NCBI GenBank assembly: GCA_045159875.1
Contig: CP067995.1
Coordinates: 736,001 to 800,000, forward strand
Source: a cyanobacterium endosymbiont of Rhopalodia gibba
GTDB taxonomy: Bacteria > Cyanobacteriota > Cyanobacteriia > Cyanobacteriales > Microcystaceae
Direction of reading: 5' to 3'
Length of the DNA: 64,000 nucleotides
Part shown: positions 47,405 through 57,746 of the stretch, piece by piece
Numbering within the stretch: position 1 is the first letter of the stretch
How the letters are laid out: every line of letters begins with the position of its first letter
Translations under genes and position numbers: made by a program
The notes under the pieces: model-generated
Seen by the model: the letters and a program-made list of their open reading frames with translations, nothing else
Told to the model about the DNA's origin: nothing
Databases searched by the model: none

Positions 47405-48820
47405 TTAAGGTTGATTTGATAAATGGGGTAAGGCTTGCTGAATAAAGTTTTGGACCAGAGCAGTGTGTTTATTTTTTTCGAATACCTTCCTTATTTTTAG
47501 AGGAAATTGAGTTAAATCTATTTCCCCTATTGCCGATGAATTAAGGTCTTGCTCTTGGAAATATTCCACTAAACTTAATCCAGCTAAACGAGTCAAATAG
47601 GCGGCACTTATTGCCTGAAGTGTTCCCCCAGCAATATAGGTAATAGCATTATTTTTGAGAAAACTGCCAATAGTTTGAGTTGATAGTTCAACTAATCCTA
47701 ATTTAACTATTAATTTACCAATGGTTCCTGAAAGAGCTTGTCCTTGAGAGAAAGACAATTTCTGTTGATAAATTACTCCTAAATCTATAACTAGTTGAGA
47801 ACTAATAGCGGCGGTAGCTAACAAATCTAAAGCGGCTACCGGATTAGCAAAAGCACTGGCTGCTGCAATCCACTGATATTTTTCAATAATGGGTAGAGCA
47901 CAATCGCGTCTTATGCTATCAAGATTTACTTTGGCCTGTTGTTTAAGAGATACTGCTTCACGCCATAGACTTCCACAAACTAACATTTTCCTTTCGAATT
48001 CTAAAACAAGTTTTAAGCGATCACTCAAAGGGTTAATTTCAGGAGGTTGGGATTCAGCCCACTCCCGAATTATCCCATTCTCTTCATACTGGCGAACTTT
48101 CAGATCTTGAGGAGCCGCACTAATGGCAATAACATCGGAAGGTGCAATCATCGATTTAAGTTGTTGCCGTACTTGTTCTAGAATCAAGGCTCTTTCTTCT
48201 GGAACATACTGATCCTTTTTATTAAAAACCAGAATAAATCGTTGATGATCTCGATTACACTTTTGCAAAAATTTCCAATGAGAATTGGTTAAATCTCCGA
48301 TTATTAATAATAAAATCAGATCCGCCTTTATTTCAGGTACTTTTGTTTCTTTAAACAAAGATTCTATCTCTATAAAAGAGAGAGCATTAGAGAAATCTTG
48401 AGTTAATAATATTTGTTTTAAAGTTGTTTTCCCAACTTTTTTACCTCCTGCTAAGGCAATAGTTAGTTCTTGACGATCAAAGCCTAAAGATAATTCAGTT
48501 AATTGTTGCTTAAAGACAGAAATATCACAATCTGGTGCTTCGGTGGCTAAAGTGTTAAGGATTAGTTCTCCTTGGAGAATTACATCTCTGACCGATTGTT
48601 CAGTTAAACGTGTTACTAACAATGGTTTATTTGTCGTTTCTTTTTGTCCTTGCCGCCACCAAAACCCCAACCCCAAGGAGACTGCGCTGAGTAGTCCCCA
48701 TTCTCCTACTTCTATAATTTGCTGACTAAAACTATTATAAAACCACAATATAAATGAAATACCGACACCCGCCACTAGAATTGGCTTGTTAACTTTTTTT
48801 CCCATTATTAACCCCGTCAA
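47405..48820 (-). CDS. DUF697/YcjF-family protein with degenerate GTPase domain
   Basis: GGKKVGKTT, FNKKD and ANPVAALDLLA motifs. Confidence 0.75.
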   Translation of the reverse strand: MTGLIMGKKVNKPILVAGVGISFILWFYNSFSQQIIEVGEWGLLSAVSLGLGFWWRQGQKETTNKPLLVTRLTEQSVRDVILQGELILNTLATEAPDCDISVFKQQLTELSLGFDRQELTIALAGGKKVGKTTLKQILLTQDFSNALSFIEIESLFKETKVPEIKADLILLLIIGDLTNSHWKFLQKCNRDHQRFILVFNKKDQYVPEERALILEQVRQQLKSMIAPSDVIAISAAPQDLKVRQYEENGIIREWAESQPPEINPLSDRLKLVLEFERKMLVCGSLWREAVSLKQQAKVNLDSIRRDCALPIIEKYQWIAAASAFANPVAALDLLATAAISSQLVIDLGVIYQQKLSFSQGQALSGTIGKLIVKLGLVELSTQTIGSFLKNNAITYIAGGTLQAISAAYLTRLAGLSLVEYFQEQDLNSSAIGEIDLTQFPLKIRKVFEKNKHTALVQNFIQQALPHLSNQP

Positions 48821-48884
48821 GCAACCTTTCCTTAAGAATTATACTTTTTATAATCTATTTACTCTTTCGATGTTTTTTCCTTTC

Positions 48885-49382
48885 TCAAGATTGCCATGTC
48901 TTTTTTAACTTATCCCAAAGACCAGAAAGGGATTCTTTCATCTGTTTCTTAATACTCCAACGTTGAAAAGCTTGTTCATAAGCTTCCCCCTCTGTTTGAA
49001 AGACTTTCCATGTATCTAGAGACAGAGGCAATCCTAAGAGTAAGAGAATATACAACGACCAAGATAAAGTCCCTGAACTAAGGAAATTTATCATTAAAAA
49101 AAATCCGTTGATAATAGCATAGCGAATAGTCTTTTGTTTCAATTGTTCCTGCCTATAGCAATCGAATTCCTGCCGTTTACGTTCGATTATTTTACTATTA
49201 AGCCACTCGCGCTCAGCAGACCTAAGGGAGTCAGCATCAATGTCTAATTCAGTGGCAATTTCCCGCAGTTGCGCTCTTGACAATTTTGAACCATCGGCTG
49301 TACGAGTGATCGCTAGATGAAGAATTTCTTGGACATCATTTTGACTGTAGGATTCAGGGGGTTGCACGTTAGAAGTTGACAT
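48885..49382 (-). CDS. 2TM domain-containing protein
   Basis: YSQNDVQEILHLAI...LREIATELDI followed by two C-terminal TM helices. Confidence 0.78.
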   Translation of the reverse strand: MSTSNVQPPESYSQNDVQEILHLAITRTADGSKLSRAQLREIATELDIDADSLRSAEREWLNSKIIERKRQEFDCYRQEQLKQKTIRYAIINGFFLMINFLSSGTLSWSLYILLLLGLPLSLDTWKVFQTEGEAYEQAFQRWSIKKQMKESLSGLWDKLKKTWQS

Positions 49383-49709
49383 AATTTACTTACTTTAGAC
49401 TCAACTCAGTGAACCAGCTTGTCTGACTATGATTGTCACCGGAAAATCAGCCAGGCCAAACCTCTTTAGATTCTATCTTGAATCTGAAAACAGAGAGCTA
49501 TTAACCGTTAATAACATATTCTCAAACCGAGGTTTTAATGAGCAATGAATAAATTTTGCAGAAAAAAATAGGGTTAGTTTATGATTAAAATCATAAACTG
49601 ACTGTGTGTTACACTGCTTACCATTTTTTGCATCTTAATAAAGATTTAGAATTCTTGAATATTTGTTGCTCAGTAGTTAAAATTACTTCTTAATTATGAT
49701 GCTTCTCAT

Positions 49710-49738
49710 GGCTAGAAAAATTATTAATTTTTCTAGCC
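49710..49738. repeat. palindrome, 14-bp arms with 1-nt centre
   Basis: GGCTAGAAAAATTA-T-TAATTTTTCTAGCC. Two smaller ones lie nearby at 49573-49602 and 49848-49873. Confidence 0.85.
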
Positions 49739-50086
49739 TAACTGTGAAAAGTCGCAATAGAAAACCACCCAAAGTTTCTTTTTACAGGATTTCCAGGATT
49801 ACAAACACTTAACCTGTACAAAAATCAAGTCTTTAGAATTATGAAATACTTCCAAAATTCTTATTTTGGAAGTTGTTAGCTGCTAGTCTATTATTCTCAG
49901 TTCAGAAGAGCCAAATTATTTTCCGGTATGTTCCATCTTTATTGTAGAATAGTGACCTAGGAAACGCTCGAACCGTCCCTTTTGGGCGGATATATTGCTT
50001 AGTTGCAGGTGCGTTCAAGCCTTTAGAATACTTTCTCGGGGCTTCTAAGATGAATTGTAATTTTGTATAGCATTTGGAGAAAGTTA

Positions 50087-50599
50087 GTGGACTTATCCCT
50101 CATTCCAGCTCAACCTGAGCCTGGTTTAATCAACATTTTGATTGAAATTCCTGCAGGCAGTAAAAATAAATATGAGTTTAACAAAGCTCTTAATGCCTTT
50201 GCGCTAGATCGCGTCCTTTATTCGTCGGTTCAGTATCCTTGTGATTATGGATTTATCCCTAACACTTTAGCTAACGATGGTGATCCTCTCGACGGAATGG
50301 TGTTAATGGATCAACCGACTTTTCCCGGGTGTGTCATTACTGCCCGTCCTATTGGTCTATTAGAAATGCTCGATGGCGGTGATCGTGATGAAAAAATTCT
50401 TTGCGTTCCCGATCAAGATCCCCGCTACATTCAGATTAAATCGCTCAAGGATGTTGCTCCTCATCGCTTGTATGAAATTGCTGAATTTTTCCGTACCTAC
50501 AAAAATTTGGAGAAGAAAGTAACAGAAATTCTTGGATGGAAGGATATTGAGGCTGTCCTTCCTCTTGTTGAAGAATGTGTGAAAGCTGGAAGTAAATAA
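50087..50599 (+). CDS. ppa: inorganic pyrophosphatase
   Basis: KNKYE, LDRVL, YGFIP and DGDPLD motifs; GTG start at 50087 after GGAG. Confidence 0.96.
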   Translation: MDLSLIPAQPEPGLINILIEIPAGSKNKYEFNKALNAFALDRVLYSSVQYPCDYGFIPNTLANDGDPLDGMVLMDQPTFPGCVITARPIGLLEMLDGGDRDEKILCVPDQDPRYIQIKSLKDVAPHRLYEIAEFFRTYKNLEKKVTEILGWKDIEAVLPLVEECVKAGSK

Positions 50600-51619
50600 C
50601 TTCTAAAAACTTCAGCTCAAACTTGGTGATCTATCGATACTCCCCGCCCATAGGAGGTGTAGGGTTTGTTTAACTACAAACCCTTATAAAGCATAATATT
50701 TCATTGATTAACTTTGTTATATTGCTCCAATAAATCCCTTATTTTTTAAGAAAAATAGGACAAACTTTTCATGTTCTAGCATAATTCAATTTCCTCAAAA
50801 AGAAATAATTTTATAAAAAATATGAGAGTTATTAATAACTTGTACTTTTACTCTTTTTAGAGGAGGAATACTCTCGATATTTTTTATCTTTAAGTCGTTA
50901 AGTTTACTAGGATAAGTTACAACAAATTTTCCCAATAACTAAGACTGAACTTAAAGTTGTCTTAAATTATTTTATCAAAGTATGTCAATAGCTGTAAGAG
51001 TGTGTTTTAAGTTCCATTGAATTTTAAGATTTAAAGTATGTAAAAATCATTGTTTACTTGGATTCTCCCGCCTTCTGATTTATCATTGCGAGATATTAAA
51101 TGTAGCTAATATTTTGAGTTAGTTTTTATGCTGTTATCTAAGTTAATAAGATAATTATTTTTATTTTATGTCTTATATCTTGAAGTATAATTTCTCTTAA
51201 AGAGTCAAGATAAGAGGGTAATATTTCTATCATGAAGGATAATGATTAGATTAAAAAGTAAATTAAGTACACTATTTACGGATATAAGTTATTCCATTAC
51301 CCCATGAGCTGTTTATTTTTATCTTGTGAAGGATATATTAAACTCTTTAAATCTACCTAAAAATTTGCGATTATTGTAGTCTAAATTGAGAAACATGGAA
51401 AACAATTAATAATCCAAGTATTAATATTATCTTTAATATTTGAAATTTTTTTTAATGACTTTCATTCTTTTTCTTCTTTCTAAACTGCTAGTGATTTCAA
51501 ATAAATGTTATTGAGCGAGGGAACTTATCACAATAAATTCTATCTATAGCTAACTTTTTTTCAGTATATCATTATATAATTCAATTATACTAAACTAATG
51601 TCAACATTAAGTAAAGACA

Positions 51620-51658
51620 CTCTAGAGTTAAAAGATAGTCAATTTTTTAACTCTAGAG
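51620..51658. repeat. inverted repeat, 14-bp arms
   Basis: CTCTAGAGTTAAAA-N11-TTTTAACTCTAGAG. Confidence 0.82.
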
Positions 51659-52041
51659 ATTTTTTCTTTGATTAGCTTTAATTCATTATCAATATTTGTT
51701 ATTTTTCACTTTTTAAAAATAACAATATTTTCTAGGATTATACACTGAGTTATTTCATGAATTTTAAATAAATATTATTGAATAGTTCTGATATTTATTG
51801 TGTTTTTTTATTAAAATTGGTCTATTAATTTTATAATTAGTGTCTTTTCCAAAAGACTAATGATAGTCTATACACCTGGTTAAGTTCAACTTTATATTCT
51901 TTACAGAAAGTTACTGAATTATTAAATTTAAGTTCAATATTTTTTTGACTTATTGCCAGCTTTTTCTCAGTACTTTTTTCTCTAATTTTAGATTAGACAT
52001 TTAAACATCTAATTGGTTAATATTTATTTCTTTTATTACAT

Positions 52042-52075
52042 AAAATTTTATAGTATATCAATACTATAAAATTTT
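52042..52075. repeat. inverted repeat, 15-bp arms
   Basis: AAAATTTTATAGTAT-ATCA-ATACTATAAAATTTT. Confidence 0.82.
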
Positions 52076-53719
52076 TCTGAGCTTATTTACAATCTTTTTT
52101 CAAAAATTAGACTAACTACTTTACTCTCTCTCTGATTTTTCTTATTTATATAATTTCTACACTTATTCTTTTATATAAATTTATCAAAAATAAATAATAA
52201 ATATCGTAGTTTTAATAAATATTCTTTTTTGAAAGTTAGTTAACCTATTTATTGAATTTATTTTGATATTGATTACATCTCATTCAACGATAGTTAATTC
52301 TAAGATAGATATGTTTCTATTCTTAGAAAAAATCTCTAATATAATATTTATTATTGTAATGAAGTTTCCTGGTAGTTGAACTATTCTAAAGATAAGTAGC
52401 TGTTAGGTATATATCTCCGAAAAAATAAATTATTTCTGTTTAATTTAAGATTTTATAATGTGTATCGGTCAGTATTTTAAAATTTAAAATCTCATTTATT
52501 AAACTAAGTTGAAATTAAGTATCAAGTATAAATAAAGTAAAGATGTTTAGTTTAGCATAATCTAATTTAAATAGAAAGCCTGTAAAAATACTATTTATAT
52601 AGTAGCCATTACTTTTTTAAGTTTATTATTGATAATTAAATTTTGTCTTTGTCAGTAAAATTTTTACCTAATAGATTCAGTAGGAGTAAATATCTAGAGC
52701 AATTATGGTTTAATTTCTGGTAAATCATAACTTATTTTCCTAATAAAAGAGGAAATAAAATGATTGAGTAAACCTAGAAAAAATAGAAAAGTTAAATATA
52801 TGTGGTCTCTCAGAGATAAGAAAGTGGTTTAAATATAGACTAGCTTTAAATAGTTTCTTAGGTGATTTTTACATTAAATTAATGGAAGAGTAACCTAAAA
52901 AAACTAAAAAAAGGTTGAATAATTTTTATTCAGTAACAATGGTAGTTGAAGATCAAGGACTTATTCATAGCAGTTGCACTAAAAAAGAAGTATAAAAAAA
53001 ATAGTAAAAGTACAGTTTATATACCTTTATTGTTACTCACTTATTGGCTCAAAATTAAATATGATTAAGAGCTAAATACAAAAAATAGAAGAAGATTAAT
53101 TGACCAGTATAATCTTGAAATATCAACATTAATAAACCATGGCACTAAAAAAAATTGAATCACACTCAAGACTAAATACGCTGGAAATAAAAATATTTCT
53201 TGTTAAAAATATAAAGATTAAAAAAGTTAATTAACTAGAAACTAAACGAAAAAGTTTAAATACTATTCAACAGCCTAAAAATTAGTGTTGAATCTAAACT
53301 AACCAATATTTCTATTAATTTTTAGCCTTCTAGACTAAGAAATATTCCTATTCTTGAAATGTAAATTGACAGTTTTTTTCTTTTCTTAATAGTTTTTATT
53401 ATAGATAAAGTCAGACTTTCAGCCTTTATTTATTAATATATTGTCATAGCTAGTTCAGAAGAACTATTAATTTAAGCTTGCATAAGACAGTATACTTTAG
53501 TTTTCAAGATCAAATCAAAACTCTAAGTCAATGGCAAAATCAATATCATCAAAGCGGTCCAGCCATTAGTAATCTCGTATGAGAAGTCAAACTAGGCAAA
53601 CTAGGCGATCGTACTCTACTAAGCTTCTTGTCTACTCTAATCTTCTGTTATCGTTAAGGGTCAAAGTGAATTAATATTGATCTCAAGTATTGTCAACGTT
53701 ACTATTAGCATTCAAGGCT

Positions 53720-54076
53720 ATGCTCTTAAAGTCTACTACTCGTCATATTCGTCTTTATACAGCTGAAGTTAAAAACAGCGAACTGGTTCCTAGTGATAAT
53801 GTTTTAACTCTTGATATCGATCCCGATAATGAATTCAATTGGAGTGAAGATTCACTGCAGAAGGTTTATCGAAAATTTGATGTCTTGGTGGAATCCTACA
53901 GTGGAGAAGATTTAACTGACTATAATCTCCGTCATATTGGCTCAAATTTGGAACATTTTATTCGTTCTCTGCTGCAAAAAGGAGATATTAGTTATAATCT
54001 TGGAAGTCGTGTTCTTAACTATAGTATGGGACTCCCTAAAATAGAAAGTCCAGAGACTGAAGGGAATTATAATTAA
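53720..54076 (+). CDS. ndhM: NDH-1 subunit M
   Basis: [12 protein letters not shown]...[13 protein letters not shown]...NYSMGLP; ATG at 53720. Confidence 0.95.
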   Translation: MLLKSTTRHIRLYTAEVKNSELVPSDNVLTLDIDPDNEFNWSEDSLQKVYRKFDVLVESYSGEDLTDYNLRHIGSNLEHFIRSLLQKGDISYNLGSRVLNYSMGLPKIESPETEGNYN

Positions 54077-54084
54077 TTCTTAAC

Positions 54085-54209
54085 TTCGGCTCAAGCTGAT
54101 AGGGATTCTAGACAGATACTAGCCAATGGCTCGAACGACAGACCGTATTCTTTTCCCCACCTGTCAGCTTGCTGGGGAAGAGAATACGGTCTGATTGGGA
54201 ACAGCCGAA
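54085..54209 (+). other. GC-rich nested stem-loop, candidate structured RNA
   Basis: 21-bp stem at 54139-54159/54173-54193 with a single U-G wobble on the + strand, enclosed by CCAAT/ATTGG and TTCGGCT/AGCCGAA. Confidence 0.5.
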
Positions 54210-54517
54210 CTATGCTATGCTACGCTTTTTCAAATTAAGTTATGATACAAGCAAGGTACTCCTTTTAACCGTGAAGGTAATTTGATAACTACTTGGCGAC
54301 GGTCTCATCTTAATTGGTACAGCTGATGGCAGTATTCCGAAATCAGAATCAGTATCTAGGAGTAGGTAACGTCTCTTTAAGTATCTCTTGTCAAAACTAA
54401 ACATTTAGTCACGAGCTTAGAAACTAGCGCGATCAGAAGTGGACAGTCGAACTTTTCAACGCAGTCCATAAAATGGGTATGAAAGTGGATAGGATGCATC
54501 AGTTGAAAGTTTACTTG

Positions 54518-55321
54518 TTAGGGCAATTTCCATCCTAATCTCGTAGGTTGCTGATAGATTTTTTTGAGTGTATTAACATCCCTTACAGAAATAGGAGAAA
54601 GACTGCGGACTTGAGAAAAATATAAAGCATCGGTTTCTTGATCGCTGTGTCCCCAAATTCCCAACCCGTGGCCAAGTTCATGGCGGGAGGCTGATAAGAT
54701 CGATAATTTACTTAAACCGGGACTAATCTTAATAGTCATACGATGGCGCAGAATAGGAGAATTATCCTGAGTCAGATAAAAATTATAACTAGTTTGGGCT
54801 GATCGCGCCCTAGGGATTTTTAGTTGTCCAGTTTCGGAGTCAAAGCTGGCATCTAAGGGAGGCTCAGTTCTTTCAATGACAATATCTGCTAGTTGTGGAT
54901 CTTTTACTTCTACTAGGGGTAAAAAATCTTGCCACTCTGTGATCGCCTCCATAACAGCGTCTACCCACTGTCGAAAACGACGGGTACTTGCAGCGGCAGG
55001 ATCATTCAGATTAGTAGGACGATCCAAATAGAATTTTATAGGAAATTGCGACCAAATTAAATAGCCTGCAGGACTCAATGATATTTGGTCGAAATAATCC
55101 CCTGAGTCTTTTGGATCTTGCCACTCAACTAGGGTTAAGGGTAGAGAATGTGGTTGTAAAGGAGGTAAGGATTTTTCTAAGTCATCCCTTTGGGCATTCA
55201 AGGGTTGACTTAGAAATACGACTAACATAGCCATCCAGGTCATGCCCAACAAAAAAGGACATTTCCGATATTTCCACAAAAAACCTTTTCTTTGATTGAA
55301 AATATTAGTTATCCGTTGCAT
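54518..55321 (-). CDS. zinc metallopeptidase (matrixin-like)
   Basis: HELGHGLGIWGH (HExxHxxGxxxH) and ISVRDVNTL motifs. Confidence 0.85.
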   Translation of the reverse strand: MQRITNIFNQRKGFLWKYRKCPFLLGMTWMAMLVVFLSQPLNAQRDDLEKSLPPLQPHSLPLTLVEWQDPKDSGDYFDQISLSPAGYLIWSQFPIKFYLDRPTNLNDPAAASTRRFRQWVDAVMEAITEWQDFLPLVEVKDPQLADIVIERTEPPLDASFDSETGQLKIPRARSAQTSYNFYLTQDNSPILRHRMTIKISPGLSKLSILSASRHELGHGLGIWGHSDQETDALYFSQVRSLSPISVRDVNTLKKIYQQPTRLGWKLP

Positions 55322-55414
55322 CAGCTTACAATCTAGACAAGAAAAGAGTTTTTACTTCAGATTTCCACTCCCTTAGTTAACCGACTCTCAACGTTAAAAC
55401 AGTCTGGTTATCTA

Positions 55415-55651
55415 CTAAGACGGATTTAACCATCCTGCACTCAAAACAATAGTTAGGGCAATAAAAACCGTACTTAACGTCCATGTAATTTGATTGAGAG
55501 TTTTTTCAGCACTTTTAGCACTAGTGAACAATTGCGCTTGTCCTCCAATACCCCCAATACCGTCCCCTTTGGGACTATGTAAAAGGACAGAGACAATCAA
55601 CAAAGCAGCAGAAACCACCCAAATAACTTGTAGTAGTTGTCGAAAATTCAT
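55415..55651 (-). CDS. secG: preprotein translocase SecG
   Basis: VLLHSPKGDGIGGIGG...SAEKTLN. Confidence 0.96.
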   Translation of the reverse strand: MNFRQLLQVIWVVSAALLIVSVLLHSPKGDGIGGIGGQAQLFTSAKSAEKTLNQITWTLSTVFIALTIVLSAGWLNPS

Positions 55652-55675
55652 AAAGATTCAATGATAACGAAACAG

Positions 55676-57274
55676 TTAACGAGCAAGCCAAACAGGAGTA
55701 CGATTAGTTTCGAACTCAACCGGAATAGGTTTAATCAATGATTGCCCTGTCATTTCTTCTGGCTGTGACAATTGTAAGATTTCAAGGATAGTCGGGGCAA
55801 CATCTGCGAGTCGTCCGTTATCTCTGAGTTCAACAACTCCCCCGTGGCCAAAAATTTTCCGCTTTTCTCCTTCAACTATAATTAGGGGAACAGGATTTGT
55901 GGTGTGGGCGGTCCAGGGATTTCCTTGCTCATCAAGCATTAATTCAGCGTTACCATGATCTGCGGTAATTAATGCGGTTCCTCCCATTTTACTAATACTG
56001 GTTAATAACTGTCCTAAACAATTATCAACAGTTTCCACCCCTTCAATTGCTGCCTTGATGTTGCCTGTATGACCGACCATATCAGGGTTTGCATAATTAA
56101 TTACCACCAAAGTGTAAATCCCCTTTTCAATAGCAATACGGGCACGGTTCGTAACAGTCTCTGCCGACATGGCTGGAGATTTATCGTATGTGGCTACCAT
56201 AGGACTTGGTACTAACTCTCGATCTTCTCCTTCAAAGGGATTTTCCGAGCCTCCATTGAAAAAATAGGTAACGTGGGGATATTTTTCAGTTTCCGCAGTG
56301 CGAAATTGTTTTAATCCTTGACGAGCCACTATTTCCCCTAAAACATTATTGAGGTTCTGGGGCTCAAAAGCTACTTCAACAGGGAGATTAGGATCATATT
56401 GAGTAAAGGTAACAAAACTCAGGGGACGAATTTGTTGCCGTTCAAATTCATCGAACTCAGTTGAGGTCAAAGCATAACACATCTGCCGTGATCGGTCGGG
56501 ACGGAAGTTAAAAAAGATTATTCCATCTCCCCGTTCCACCGCACCTGGGGCAATGCGGGTCGGGAGAATAAATTCGTCGGTGATATCTCTGCTATAGAAA
56601 TCTTTAATCACCTCGACGGTTGAGCGGCCATCCCCTATGCCATCTAGAGTTATGACATCGTAGGCTTTTTTGACACGATCCCAACGGCGATCACGATCCA
56701 TCGCATAGTAACGACCACTAAGAGTAACAATACGCCCCAATCCAATTTTCTTGATATAAGACTCAAGTTTTTGAATGACATTTATCCCTTCAGTAGGATT
56801 AGTATCCCGTCCATCAGTAATGGTGTGAATACAAACTTGCTCAAGGGTTTGCTCCTTCGCTAAATCTAATAATCCCAACAGATGATCGAGATGAGAATGG
56901 ACTCCTCCCTCGGAACATAAACCAATTAAATGTAGTTTTCCTTGACGAGAACGAACTTCTTGACAAATTTTTACTAACTGAGGATTTTTTAATAATGAGC
57001 CGTCTTTTACTGAATCGGAGATGCGAACTAATTCTTGAGGAACTATGCGACCAGCCCCAAGGTTCAGATGTCCTACTTCTGAGTTACCCATCTGACCTTG
57101 GGGCAAACCGACATCTTTCCCAGAAGCTTGAATTAGAGTGCGAGGATAAGTAGTCCAAAGGCAGTCCATGACTGGAGTTTTTGCTAGAGCAATCGCGTTG
57201 TTTTCCATCGATGGACGATAACCCCAGCCGTCTAGGATCACCAGTACCAATGGAGATACAGGTGCTTTTGCCAT
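55676..57274 (-). CDS. gpmI: 2,3-BPG-independent phosphoglycerate mutase
   Basis: ILDGWG, MGNSEVGH, AETEKYPHVT, NPDMVGHTG and TADHGN motifs. Confidence 0.98.
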   Translation of the reverse strand: MAKAPVSPLVLVILDGWGYRPSMENNAIALAKTPVMDCLWTTYPRTLIQASGKDVGLPQGQMGNSEVGHLNLGAGRIVPQELVRISDSVKDGSLLKNPQLVKICQEVRSRQGKLHLIGLCSEGGVHSHLDHLLGLLDLAKEQTLEQVCIHTITDGRDTNPTEGINVIQKLESYIKKIGLGRIVTLSGRYYAMDRDRRWDRVKKAYDVITLDGIGDGRSTVEVIKDFYSRDITDEFILPTRIAPGAVERGDGIIFFNFRPDRSRQMCYALTSTEFDEFERQQIRPLSFVTFTQYDPNLPVEVAFEPQNLNNVLGEIVARQGLKQFRTAETEKYPHVTYFFNGGSENPFEGEDRELVPSPMVATYDKSPAMSAETVTNRARIAIEKGIYTLVVINYANPDMVGHTGNIKAAIEGVETVDNCLGQLLTSISKMGGTALITADHGNAELMLDEQGNPWTAHTTNPVPLIIVEGEKRKIFGHGGVVELRDNGRLADVAPTILEILQLSQPEEMTGQSLIKPIPVEFETNRTPVWLAR

Positions 57275-57360
57275 AATTATTCACCTACTTAATTTGTTAT
57301 TTTATGCACATTGATGATACCACCGACTTTTAGAATATGCCTATTCTTTAATATTTTTCC

Positions 57361-57398
57361 TAGACAATATTAGCAAATTTATTTGCTAATATTGTCTA
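57361..57398. repeat. inverted repeat, perfect 18-bp arms
   Basis: TAGACAATATTAGCAAAT-TT-ATTTGCTAATATTGTCTA. Confidence 0.92.
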
Positions 57399-57746
57399 TT
57401 TTTACCAAAATATCGATTTCATTGTTGATCGAATCTGCGATATATTTTAAATTAATTAACATACCTTTATGGACTTTTCCTAAAGTAAATTTTGTGCAAA
57501 CTATAAAGTATCTCATCTATAGTACAAAACGTATTTTGGTACATTACGGGAGAAAAAAGAAGATAAATTATCCAAAAAACTGTATTTTACTTAACGTATC
57601 CTAAATTGATGTTTTGTCTAAAATTTTTCTAATAACACTTTCTTAAAGTTTATTCCCAACTCACTTTTATTAAATTTGCTACCCTTAAGGACTAAGAAGA
57701 CTCTATCAATTTAATTAATTCCTCTTTTCCAATTCTAAATACAATT

